Shown here: positions 1-12,410 of the stretch, one piece after another | Position numbering within the stretch: position 1 is the stretch's first letter | How the letters are laid out: the number at the start of each line of letters is the position of its first letter | Origin: Raillietiella orientalis | Lineage: Eukaryota | DNA: 64,000 nt | NCBI GenBank assembly: GCA_036172245.1 | Contig: JAYWIR010000092.1 | Location: forward strand, 124,001 to 188,000 | Reading direction: 5' to 3' | Translations under genes and position numbers: made by a program | Notes under the pieces: model-generated | Told to the model about the DNA's origin: nothing | Database searches by the model: none | What the model saw: only the letters and a program-made list of their open reading frames with translations

Positions 1-3000
1 ATCGGAAGACGGCTTCATACAGGTAGGGAAGAAAGGAAAGGGGAGGATGCTCGACAAGGATCAATAAACCACTCTTATCCTGGAAGGTGAGAATTCACAA
101 GGCGAGAAGATGGAGGTAGCGCAGGAACGCGCGGAAGAAGAAATAGCCGAAGCCACTCCGGTGTCTTAGGAGGCCCTGCAATCTACGGAGGAGCTGGCAT
201 CACTGGCTAATAAAGTCCTAGAGGTGATGAGCGGTCCCCACCAAGAAAGAATTTTGCAAAAGAGCTGCAATGCACAGGAGAAGGTCAACCAGGTTGTGGA
301 GGTCTTCGAGCGCGAGTAGCTAGAGGAACAGCTTCTCGACGTAAAGGCGAACTTCTGCACCAATGTCGAGATAGAAACGCTATCTCGAAAATTGATCGCG
401 CGGGCCGAAAACTCGACTGAGGAGGCGGAAGTAACCGACCTCTCCGGAACAGAGAGTGACGCCGGCAGCGAGAAGCCCGCTGCTTCTTTATTGTCTGGAA
501 GAGCACGCTCTCTCAGACAGAAGAAGCTCAGGAAGGGCAAGAAATCGGTCTTACCCTTTTATGGCCTCTTCCCTATCGACCGCCAGAGGGCTGAACATCG
601 CCTCCTGGAATGTAAACGGTGTGGTGGACCAGGGAAAAAGAAAAAGGATTGTGCGGACCATCGCACAACAAGACATAGTCTGCCTGCAGGAGACCAACAA
701 GGTGGGTCTCAAGATTAGTCAGCAAATGGAACGGCGATTCAAAGGGCAGATCTTCGTCAGCGAGGAAGAGCGGAACACGCAGTTTGTGGCGGTCCTAATC
801 AATAACAAATTGGCTCCCACTATTCTCAAAGTGTTCTGTCCCCTACCGGGACGAATCATCGGCGTGCGACTGGCCTGGTCCGCCACTGTTCACCCTATCC
901 TGGTGAACCTGCACTGGCCGTACAGGCTAAAACATCGTTGAACGGAGGCGCTGCATGAAGCACTTCGTGAAAAGGTTGCTTCCAAGGACGTCGTGATTGT
1001 TGCTGGCAATCTCAACATATTGGATGAGATCACTCACTCCGAAGACGCCAGAAGAAGGACGGCGTATCGGCGGTTATCCGAAGAGTTCAGACTGGTGTGT
1101 CGAACTGCAAGTCACAAGCCGATCGATCACCTCCTGCACAGCACCAAACTCGGGAATCGCATCGATGGTTTTCCAGACATTATGACCACGGTGTTCGATC
1201 ACCACCTGGTGCGGTTTTTTCTGAAAACGGAGAATCCTCGGCGTTGGCAAGGCACCAAGGCGGCGCTCATCAGCATGCCCGCCTGGTTCGAAACCCATCC
1301 CGTACATCAGGCTGTCCTGCAGACGATTCTGAAGACAACAACAATTCGAGGAATCGCCATATGATACAGCCTAAAACACAGGATACACTTGTTTGCAAAC
1401 ATGCAGTTCGGGGAGAGGCGCTTGAGGCAGGAGGAGTACCGGGAGCTGAACATGCAAGATCGCTCACTCTGAAAGTACTTCGATCAGTACGAGAGTCGGT
1501 ACGTCTTCAAGAACATAAAAGGGGAAGTCGGCGTGCTGGAGAAGAGAAATCTAGCAACAGATATCTTCTGCATCCAGTACGACGGCCAAAAGCGACAGTC
1601 GTCTGAGGACATCGTGGATGCCTTTCACAGGCATTACACAGAACACTTCAGGCGACAACAGCTGTGTCGCTCTAGTCAACAGGCCTTCTTGAGCTATCTC
1701 GAGAAGAGGACCGACGACCTCCAGCGGAACAGACTGGAGGAGGAGTTCTCCGAAGAAGAGGTGAAGACTGCGTTTGGGCAACTTCGCAAGGACGTGGCAG
1801 CGGGCCCTGACAGTGTACCCATCACGCACTATCAGCGGTACCTGCACGCCTACCTGAGCTTGTTCCACCAGTTGACCCTCTGCATCCGGGAAGAAGGCAG
1901 ACTACCTCAGTCCTTCTACGAGAGTCGGATGAGATTGCTGCCGAAAGGAGGCGACTCTACCCAGATCGCCCAATGGAGGCCAATCTCGATCCTAAACTCC
2001 GATGCCAAGTGGTTGGCGAAGATCTGGTCCAACCGCTTAGGCAAGGTCATGTCGAGGCTGATCTCTCCGGTCCAGACATGTGCAGTCCCAGGACGACACA
2101 TGTCGGACAATGTCAAGTGTGCCCAGGCCACTGTTGGACTCAGTCGATACGTCGGCGAGAACCTGGTGCTGGTGTTCACTGACATGAAGAAGGCCTTCGA
2201 CTCCATCGACCACGGGATGCTGCTGAAGGTTCTGGAGAAGCTAGGCCTTCGGGAACACTCCTGCAACTTCGAGAGGGTGGTACTGCAGAATCAGTACTGC
2301 CGAATCAAAATCAACTGCCAGGAGACGGCAGCAATCCGGATGGAACGGGGAGTCCGGCAGGGCGATTCGCTAAGTCCGATGCTGTTCGTCATCTACATGG
2401 CAGCGTTGTCGTCCTTTATCGAGAAGTGCGTACGACTGCAAGGCATAACAATCGATGGCGAGCGTCTTTCCTATCTGGCATACGCTGATGATCTTTCCTC
2501 TTTTATCACGGGAGAGAGAAATCAACGAGGGTTTCTGGATGTGGTAGACCTGATGGATCAAGGCCTTGGTCTAAAGATCAACGCCCAGAAAAGCCAGCTC
2601 TTGCCCATTGGAATCCTCGATCTCTCCGCTTTAGCGGGGAGAGGATTCCGAACGGTGGACAATTCCAAGTACCTGGGTGTCTACATTGCCGACGACTCCG
2701 CGTCGAAGCTATTGTGGACCGAGAACCTAGGGAAAACGGCCAACGAAGCAGCCAAGCACACTAGAACGGACCTTGCTATGATGCGAAAGGCCTCATATGG
2801 AACGGAGTACTCCTTCGTAAAGTGCTATTCAGAACGGCCTTCGCGAGGATAAACAAGGACACCACGAGGGAGTTCGACAAGCTGCAGAGAAAAAAACTGA
2901 GGCCACTATCGCCCAGGAGTCCCACTAAAACCCCTGTGTCGTCTAAGGGAAGAAGGCGGTTCCGGGATGAAGTAGCTCGCACACTTCATAGAAATCATGG

Positions 3001-4210
3001 ATACGCGACACATCCTGGACATTGCCACTCACTGGGATGACTGGCCGTATGCGGCGCACAAGGCCTACGCTTTGTTGTTGAACAACTCGAAAGGCCTGAT
3101 GACTGCGTTGCTAGGCTGAGCAGGCGAATGGAAAATAATGGACCCAACCTGGACGAGGTAGCAACGGCTGGTGCGAAAGCACAAAATCAAGATCGTGCCG
3201 AGAAGTGGGGAACTCTGGCAGGACGAGTCCATCCTGGTGATCCCTTGGATGCTTTGTGTCCCCCTGGACACGAGAAACTGGATCCACCAGCGGTCCAGAG
3301 TTACCCTTCAACAAATCCAGGAGTGGAAACGAGGAGGGTACCTACATCACACTCGTATACTTAGGTATATAGAGATGATGTTAGGAAGGTTTGCCCACAT
3401 GACTCCCGAAGTGTGGTTCAACCACAACGACTTTGCGTGGTCCAGGGTAACCAAAACAAACCTCCGAAGACTAATGCAAGAAGAACACAGTGATATCAGT
3501 GCCCTTCAGGAAGCCGCCGATCGCTAAGGGAGTGACCGGATCAACCTGTTAGCGATTGGCACGACGCTCTGGAGGAGTGACCTTCCGCCGGGCACCCAGG
3601 ATGACCTCCTGATGTTTTATCATGGAGGAATCCAGAGTGGGTCCCGATCGCAGCACTACACCGGAAGAAGGGAAGATCGAGACTGCACAGCATGTAGTGA
3701 CATCGACACGAGACTTCACGTCTTGACGTGTCCCACATTGCTGCATGACTAACTGATCCAGAAAAGGATCATCGGACTCACCACCGGGTCCGTAATGGAG
3801 ATCCTCGCCGGGAATTTTCAGGGGGATGGTAATGTTTCCTGTTACAATTTCATGGTGAGGACGACCATCGCCCCCTTCATCACCGCCATACTTGTGCGGT
3901 GGTGGAAAATGAGGAAAGTAACAGGAGCCGCACCACCGATGGAGATCTTACAAATTCTCCTGAAGAGGGCAATCGGCATTATAAACTGTGGGAAAATCCA
4001 AGCCTGGACGTACCGATCCATCCTGAAGAGGATCCAGGACGACGCCCGGGACCATCCAGCTGGAATTCCCCCCTTAAAAGCAGAACTCCAAGGCAACCCA
4101 AGGACTCCCAAGTGCAAAGTGTTTGTATTGAGTGAATGAGAGTGTGAATGTAAAAGGTTTATTTTTATAGAAGAATAAATTTACCCCACCCCTTATGGGA
4201 ATTGGGGAAA
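1..4210 (+). mobile_element. L1/Tx1-like LINE, family A copy 1 (5' part outside window), degenerate
   Basis: End of ORF1, then ORF2 with EN (IASWNVNG, CLQET), RT (WRPISILNSDAK, GVRQGDSLSP, YADD). Ends in AATAAA (4174) + CCCCA..TGGGG hairpin + AAA. Colinear with 55204-59413. Confidence 0.95.
561..4077 (+). pseudogene. Family A ORF2 (APE endonuclease + reverse transcriptase), several stops and frameshifts
   Basis: ORF pieces 456-941, 993-1364, 1533-2852, 3171-3527 and 3795-4139 match the family A copy 2 ORF2 in order. Confidence 0.93.
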
Positions 4211-5447
4211 TCTGCCGAGTCGACGATGGGTCGACTGCATGCAGCGTGCTTTTGCTCGTCGCGACGCTGCTTTTTACGGCGTTCGTAGCATTTGCAGAGA
4301 AACCTGCGCTAAAGTGGGACTGTCCCGAACTCGGAAGAGACAACCGAACAGGGCTAGAAGTTTTCGCACTGTTGCGATCTTCCTGTTTCCCTACCTTTCC
4401 CTCCATGGTGTTACGGTGATTTCCTCGTTCCTGGCTCGGAGAGGTAACTGCGATTTCGGCATTGAGGGAGGGCACGGCACGCGTCAAACCCTCGCGCCCC
4501 TTTTTAATTGGCTTTCCCGCCGTGACTTTCCCCTTTCGGGGCGTTGCGGAAGGGGATGCTTTCTTATCGTCCGCTGATCGCCCGTTGATTTTTCCGAGTT
4601 TTTGCGGACGACCTTTTTTTATTTGCCGCTGCGGCTCTTCGTGCAGTGGTCTCTTGAACCCGACGAATTTCCGCTGCAGCTCTTTTTCTTGCAAGTACCA
4701 GGCATTTTTTGATTTCGTGCCCGGAATCTTCGCAAAAGCGGCATCTTGGAGAGGGGCACTCTTAAATTCGGTGCCCATTTTTGCCGCACTGCTCGCACGC
4801 GCGAGTCTGGCCTATGAACCACAGGTGAACGACCGTGCCGTTCACCTGCAGCTGCTCACGCACAACACGCCTGTTCGCGACGGTGATCCGCGCGGTGGCT
4901 TGTCCAATGTGGACAGAGGGAAAATCCTTAAGAGGATTTGGCCTCCTGTACAGGGCGTGCACGATGGCGAACTTCGCTAGCACGCTTACAAGATCGCGGT
5001 CGGAGATTTCCGGTTCGATGGCGCACAATTGAACGACAAAAGGGTCGTCCATCGCGGTAGGTAGGACTTCCTTGCCATTGATGGTCAACGGCGTACGGAG
5101 AAGGCGCTGCAGAAGTGCTGCGTTCTTCCACCGAATCTTCGTATATTCCATCCTGCCGGCAGGCATTATGGCAAGGAGTTTCTCCTCGCGAACGCCGATA
5201 TGGACGAGCTCATCATTGAGCTCACTTCCAATTCTCCCGTTAAGGGGCCCACTGACCTTATAACGGAGTGCAGGCATGTATCCGGATGACACATATGCCT
5301 AGAACTCCGCATTACAGGGTCCTGGCCTTTGGGAGCTAACGACGGCGTAACCCCTCACCGGGGGTGAGGAAACCATTATGGAGGATGCGGCCACTTCAAG
5401 GGCAGCTGAAGTGCATCCAGTGGCTTGCTCCTCCACACTATCCTGTG
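4211..5447 (-). mobile_element. Family C ORF1 N-terminal fragment (host of A copy 1)
   Basis: GYMPALRYKV...CEQCGKNGHRI knuckle, colinear with 59414-60650. Confidence 0.9.
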
Positions 5448-6215
5448 CTGGACGATCAGGGCCACGAGCACTCGGCACCCGCCCAAATCCGCGGCCTGCT
5501 GCGTAGATACTTCTCCTCCCTGTATGCCAGGGCACCTCCGGAGAGAAACGTCTCACGATTCCTTCTTCCGGAAGTCGCTCCAGCGATCATGGAGGAGGAG
5601 AAAAAGACCATCGACGAGCCTTTCACGATGGACGAGATTCTCTTGGCCATCGGAAAGCTCAAGAGACGCAAGGCTCTAAAGGAGAACGGCCTGCCAGCGG
5701 AGTTTTAAAAAACTTTCGCTACTGAGCTTACATCCATGGTACCGCAAGTCACCTTGCTGAGCTTACATCCATGGTACCGCAAGTCATTAGCGGCCTCCTT
5801 AGCAGCTTTGTGCTGCCTTTGCGGGATCGTCGCAGCCTGGAGCAAGGCTACGGGACGACAACGCGACAAGGGTGTCATCCAGCCAGCCATCCAGTTTCTG
5901 AAGAGGGCGTTCCGATGGCCCTACCGGGATACAGGAATACAAAAGAAGCTTGCCGGCATCTTGCAAAGGCTGCAACGGCACCACCAGCAACTGTGATCCC
6001 TTTCCTTACCCTCCTAAATTTTCTTTTATTTTTTTGTTTTGTTTTTTGTTTTTCTCCCTTCTCCCTCCTACCGTGGTGGACCGTACCGGTCTGCGAATCG
6101 GTGACCCTGCAGGCTCTGTGTTTCTTCGTGCGTGGCTGGAGCCATGTTCCAGCCACCGCACGTCTTTGTAAATGTTTATTAAACACTAAACGCCCCGGCG
6201 AAATCCGAGTGAAAA
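5448..6215 (+). mobile_element. Family D-like remnant: ORF2 linker piece, ORF2 C-terminus, 3'UTR and 3' terminus
   Basis: LDDQGHEHSAPAQIRGLLRRY matches 61642 onward. It then jumps to AALCCLCGIVAAWS...*, a T-rich UTR and the terminal hairpin at 6188-6215. Assigning the 3' piece to family D is inferred from contiguity. Confidence 0.8.
5722..5786 (+). repeat. Direct repeat, 2 x 30 bp (CTGAGCTTACATCCATGGTACCGCAAGTCA), at an internal deletion breakpoint
   Basis: Copies at 5722-5751 and 5757-5786. Confidence 0.9.
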
Positions 6216-7466
6216 TCGAACGCCTTGTGAAAGACGACTGCGACCACCAAGGCACCTGGCGTTTTCTGCTGCCTTCGGCGCCTGTTCTTCTTGCTTGTGG
6301 CAACGACTTTCGCTTCAGCCAGGCTTCGCTGCGCCACGACTTTTTTCAGCTGCAACCAGGTACGCGCGAAAAGGATGTTCGCCTCCATGGATCGTCCCGT
6401 AACCGCGTAGGTTTGTTCCCGGCTCACCACAGATTCCGCGATACTTCCTAACCGCGCGACCCACAGCTTGGAAAACAACTTGACGTCCGAGTTCACCAAG
6501 GTGATCGGACGCCAGTTGTTAAGTTGACGCAAGTCTCCGCCTTTCGGCAGGAGACGCACCTTCGCTGAGCGGAAGGAATCCGACACATTCCCGGATTCAC
6601 TCATCAGCGTCGCGAGTTTCAGCATCAAGGGAATGAGCTCCACTGCAAAGCACTGATAAAACTCTGCAGGGAGCCCATCCTCGCCTGGCGCCTTTCGTCT
6701 CTTCAGCCCAGCGATTGCGGACGAAAATTCATCCGCCGTGAAGGGCTCGTCGAGACGTTTGCGTTCCTCCTCGCCGACAACACGAGCATCCTGAGACAGG
6801 AGTATCTCAGAAAGAATATCCTCCGTCGGGGATTCCGCGTAGAGCGAGGAGTAGTAGCGTCTCACAATGCGGCGTACTCCTGCTGGGGCCGAACATTCCT
6901 GGCCCTTGTCGTCCAACAGGCATGCTGCTCCGGACTGCCAGACCTGGCGCTCGGCCCTCGCCTTGTACTCTGCGAGACGCCCGACATCGGCGCGTCTCGA
7001 AAACGTGCGGGCCTGCAGAAAGTCTCTACTGTTGGCCACCCCCTCTCCGAAACCGCGTGGAAGCCGGTGCAAGGGGAATTGGCAGCAGAACTCGCGGACA
7101 GATCTTTTGAGATCGTCCCAGTCCGCAAGTCCTTGAATGGCAAAGCCTCGGAGGTATCCACGTAGATGCTCCGCAGCCTCCGGTTGGCTACGCCTATCCG
7201 CCGGCATCCTCCAGTTTTGCAAGGAAGGCTCCTTGTCTGGCGGAAGGAGCTCAAACTACAACCTGTGATGGTCAGAAAGCTTAGTCAACAATCGTACTCT
7301 CCTACCCACACGCGCATGCAGGTTCTCATCGAGGAAAACGTGATCGAGCGATCCTTCCATTCCAGGTTCGCTGACAATCAAGTTGGCGGCGTGCACCAAC
7401 GCGCACATCTCGATGGGCAGGGCGCGCTCCCTGTGGTGGCTTCAATCGTCGAAGAGCAGACGGACG
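6216..7466 (-). mobile_element. Family C-like ORF2 fragment (end of EN to RT 'HKAFD')
   Basis: ORF 6179-7222 is close to ORF 50679-53123 (PEAAEHLR, DWDDLKRSVREFCC, NNWRPITLVNSDVK). Confidence 0.92.
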
Positions 7467-10373
7467 TTTTCATCCGGTCACGTCGGGGCGTTTATTAAAA
7501 AACACTGTACATTTGCGGTACTAGGTCCCGCTAAGGCAAATATTTCATGAAACCTGCCAGGAAGCCGGTTCTGAAGCCAGCTTGTCCTCCTCGGCAGCGG
7601 AGGGGATAGAAGGTAAAACAAAAAGAAAAATAGATGAAATTACAGAAAGGAACTATTTGGAGGTCCGGGAAGGGATCACAGCCCGCTGGAGGAGGGGACC
7701 ATCCTCTCTAGGATGCCCTCGAGGTCCCTCGTCGTAGCTCCCAGATGGGACCAGCCGATCGCGATTCGCAGTTAGCGACCCGCGTGTACGATGGGGTTCC
7801 TGTCGCTGCTCCCTCTTTTGGCTGCGCTCCAGGCGGCCACAATCCATCTGAGGGAGAAGAGCGCTGCCGGGGTTTAGGCTGGTGGCAGGGCGTCTCGCAC
7901 GAAGAGGAGTCTCACAACGTCTCTTGGGGTACTGCCTACCGGCATAGGGAGGATCCCAGGATGACGTTCCCACAAGAGCCGGAGGGCAGCGCAGTCCACT
8001 AGCAGATTTATGAGGGATTCCTTCTCCCGCACACTGCACAGTTCTGTCTCACGTTCCCCAACTTCCAGTGGTGGTGGCGCATGTTGCAGGGAAGAACCGA
8101 GTGCAACAATAACAGCGCCGTTTTCTGCCACTTGAGAGGAAGGGTGGAGAAGTCTTTGAACAACGGGGGCCACTTTAGGTCATCCGCCGGGATGCCAAGC
8201 AGCTCGCTTTATCTCCGTATTCCATGCGAGTGAACGCTTGAGGATGCGGCATCTGCCAGTTGCCTCATTGTCCACCCGCTTAGATCCTTCTCCTTGCCCG
8301 CTATCCGGCAAGAGACTTGCCATCTCGGCTTCCGGTTGTTATGAAGCGCCCTTCGTAGGAAGGGCAGCGCCGTGGCCAGTGGGATCGTCTCTGCCCAAGT
8401 GCTTCTGGCGGGACACACGATCATGTTCCGCAGCGTGCAGTGGGTGTAGATGCCGGTGCGCAGGCGGTTGTCGGATTCTCCACTGATGTCTTTTAACTTT
8501 GCCCACGTTCCAACTGTTTCTTCCAGCCATGCGCTGGAGTTGTCGGGGCTGCAGGCCATGCACCCGTTCTCCTTTGCCAGGGTGGCCATGCGTCCCAGGA
8601 GAAGTCCGCATTTTCTTATTTTCCGGCAGGGGCACAGAAGAAAAGACGCGAGTTCTTCAGTCCCGGACACACGTCTTGCGAGAAGGCGGGCTGGAACGCA
8701 CCAACGGAAGTTCAACATTTTCGCTGAGATGGCTAGTGTGCGTCACCGCATCTGTGTTTTCATTCGCTCCATCGTCAGGACGCTAAGACCTCCGTCCCGA
8801 CGTGGTGCGCGCAAATCCTTTAAAGGCACATGAGGCCCCCCGCCGCCCCACAGGGCGATGCGTAGGAGGTCCTTTGTTCTTTTTTTCAGTTCACGGGGTA
8901 CGGGGAAAACAAACAGCAGAGGGCGAAGGAGAGGAACCGCGAACGCGTTCCACACCGCCGCCCGCTCCGGCAAGTGAAGCTTGCCTTCCAGAAACGGGCC
9001 GATCGCTGACTCCACTTTTTGGAGACGACCTGACCAGGCTTCTGACTGGCAGAAGTCCCCCAACGGAACGCCGAGGTACTTTAAGTACCTCTATGTGGGG
9101 ATCCTCAAGCGGATCCAGTCAAGCCGTCCGACTCACGTCGCACCAACCACTACCTCCGATGACTTCGCTTTATTTACCCGTAGTCCAGTCCCGCGGCTTA
9201 GCAGACAGAAGAAATCCTCGACTACGGCTGCCGGGGCGGACGTGGGCAAAAGGAGCAGAAGATCATCGGCGTAAGCCGCTACGGCCGGCGTACCTGGACA
9301 CGAGCTTCGGTGGGCAGCCAATGTCACCCTGTATGCTCTCAGCACCAGTTCGAAATAGGTGCTAAAGAGCAGGGGAGTCAGGCTGTCGCCCTGTCAAATG
9401 CCGGGCCTCACCTCTACGCCGAACACGTGCTGTCCTCTGAAAAACAAGTTGATGAACGCATTGCGCCAGCAGGCGCCCAGGTAGACCGTTAAGGTGTCCG
9501 GGAAGCCCATGCGATCCAGGAGCTCCAGAAGGAGTTCTCGGTCTACGCAATCGAACGCTTTGTGCAGATCGACTGCGATCGCTAGAGCCCCCTTCCCTTA
9601 CCGGTCGTCCCTTACTTGCTGCGCTGGCGCTTCCAAGTCAGTTTTGTCGACATTCCGTTTTTTCTCCAAATTTTTCTCGCGTTGCACATGGAACCATGTG
9701 CTGGCGAAGAACAGGTTCACTTCCATGCTTCGCCCGGGAAAAGCGTACGTCTGTTCCATGCTGAAAAAGCTGTCAGCTACCTGCCGCAGTCCCGCAGCCC
9801 ACAGTCCAGCCAGCAGCTTGGCGTCCGTGTTCACAATCGTGAACGGACGCTAGTTGCATCATTTTCTGAGGTCTTCTCCCTTAGGAAAGAGCCTCACCCA
9901 GGCTGACCGAAACGAGGCGGGAACATCGCCTTCGTTTCGGATCAGCCGTGTCAATTGGAGCACCAGGGTGGTCAGCTCTGCAACGAAGCTCTGAAAGAAC
10001 TCCGCCGGCAGGCCGTCCTCCCCTGGCGCGTGACGCCTCCTGAGCCTTTTAATAGCGGTGGTGATTACACCGGTCGTATAAGGCTCGTCGAGGCTTTCTT
10101 TCTCCTCCTCCCTTATGGCCGGGGCTCCATCTGGGAGCAAGCGCTGGAAGGCGTCCCACTCCGCAGGTACCCTGGCGCAAAGAGAGCAGTAAAATCCACG
10201 CACGAGGCGACGTATCGATGCTCGGTCTGAGTATTCCTTGTCCAGGTCGTCCAGCACGCTGGGCGGCCCGGATTGTCATCCTTGACGCTCGCCCCAACTT
10301 TGTACTCGGCCAAGCGACGAATGTCAGGGGTCCTTGAGAAACGACGGACGTGCAAATACGCCCTTTTGTAACG
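7467..10373 (-). mobile_element. Family B-like LINE, ORF2 linker to 3' end, degenerate
   Basis: APGEDGLPAEFF, AYADDLLLLL, ERAAVWNAF, PRRDGGL. Terminal AATAAA-hairpin at 7467-7496. Confidence 0.92.
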
Positions 10374-12410
10374 GGAGGACGTGTTTTTCCGTTGCTCCGT
10401 CAACAAGTACCGGGAAGCGGTTTCTTCTTGGAAAGTGTGTGTTTTTTCACATCGTAAGTGTCCGATGGCATCTCTGCCAGAGAACACCACGATGAAGGTA
10501 GGCGTGGGGAAGGCTAGTCATCCTTCACAGCCTACTGGATCAGTAGCATTCGCCCCGGAATCATCCCCGTCAACGCCGAGGACGTGGAGCGCCATGGTGG
10601 CCGCGCCGAGCGCGGAAATCTTGGAGGAGCAAGCGGCTTACAAGGCCTCAGGATATAAACCATCTCTGGTTTATAAAGTAGGACCCCTGTTCCATGGTCG
10701 CATTGCCCGGGTCTTCAGTAAGGCACTACAGGACTTTCCTGTAAGAGAAGAGGATCTTGACGGCCTCTCCGAACTCAGCGGGGGGCAGCGCGTGGAGGTC
10801 GTCTGCAAAGACGTAGCCTTAGCACAGCGAATGATAAAGACCCCGCTGAATATGGATGGCCGAAAAATCCTACCGGTTAGCATGGACCGCTCCGTAGTGG
10901 TCCATCTAACCGGAATCACAAATCAGATGACGCGCTTGGTGGTCAATTCCGAGTTGATGAAATACGGAGAGGTACACGCGTTGTGGCCAAAGCCCACCAT
11001 CTTCGAAGGTTTTCATGACCATTTTGGAGGCCAGGCTGCAGCGCGTTTCACTGTCAATGAGGGTGCTGGGTTGCCCCAGAAACTGAAGGTCGCGAAGGAA
11101 TCCGTCCACCTCTGGTACGTGGGGAAACCCCGCTATTGTGGCTACTGCAATGCAGTAGGGCACTTGCGCAAGCGGTGCCCGAACATTGAGTGCCACTTGT
11201 GCGGGTTTAAGGAACACGTTCGTCGTGTGTGCCCTAAACACCCCACACAAGTGCCAACTGCTGCCAGAAAGGCGCAGGCCAAAAAAATGAACAAGCTCGA
11301 AAGACCTAAGCGAGAAACTGTCCGACCCCAGCCGCCAACTGCTCTTCCTCACACCCAGGCGTCGGAGAATGAAACAGCGGAAGACGCGGGAGTGAAGGAG
11401 GGATGGCAACTGGTAGAGACCAGGAAGGAGAAACAAGTGGTGAAAGAACCACTGAAGTAAACGGAGAAAAAGAACACGGCAGGAAAGAATAATAAAGCCG
11501 CGCCGCTGTCAAAAATCTCCGCGAGTGCTCGGTAGCACTGGATCGCGTAAGCGTTCCTGAGGCTGCCACCCGGGACAACGAGCCCTCACTCACCGTTTCT
11601 GCCGCGTCCGAGGTTCGCGACCACGAACCCTCTGTTTACACAGAGGGTGAGCCGCGCGACGCGCTCGCCGACGGCGAGGACGCCGCCTACGCGAAGGCGT
11701 GGGAGGAGCTAGCGGTTACGCTGGCCGAGCGTGAGAACCCATCACGCAAGGCCGTGCGCAGGCCGGCTCCGCCGAAGAAGGCCCCCTTAGGTGAGTTCGA
11801 CCTGGGGGCCGTAAGTACATCCTCCTCTTCGGAGGCACCCCCTTTGAAGACGGGACGTAAGTCCCAAAAACCGAGGAGGCGCCTCCCGTCCCCGAGCGAG
11901 GAGGAGAAGCCGGAAGCCGACGACAGCGTGGGAAACCCGGAGGTAGAATTCCCACGCACGCAAGCCGTCGAGCAGGTCACCCCCTTGGAGGAGGGTAAAC
12001 AGGCTGGTGAAGTCCTCCCTGTAGTCGCCAAACCTGAACAGCTCGCCTCCATGGAGGAGGGCGAACAGAGAAACGCGACTCCACCGGAGGGCAAACCGGC
12101 CGATGCGCCGTTAACCATGGAGGAAGGGACCAGGTGCCTTTAGCACCTGACCCTCCCCTTCCACCTTGCGTCCCGCCCCAACAGGTGGCGGACGCCGCAG
12201 AGCCAATTTCCCAGGAATAACACCTGTGATCGCCTGTCGCCGTCGGATCCGCGTGGCCAGTTGGAACGTCAAGGGTCTGCGCGACGACGGCAACAGACGA
12301 GATAAGGCCGACACCCTCCGTGACTTGGACCTGGCTTTGCTGCAGGAGATCGACGTGATCACCGCGGCAGACGTCCAGGAGATCGAGACGATCGCGGAGG
12401 GTCGGCTGTT
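10374..12410 (+). mobile_element. Family B LINE 5' half (5' end, ORF1, start of EN)
   Basis: GGAGGACGTGTTTTT 5' motif; ORF1; RVASWNVKG...LALLQEI endonuclease start. Confidence 0.93.
10465..12221 (+). pseudogene. Family B ORF1 (nucleic-acid-binding protein, two CCHC knuckles), internal stops
   Basis: CGYCNAVGHLRKRC and CHLCGFKEHVRRVC; stops at 11460 and 12143. Confidence 0.9.
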
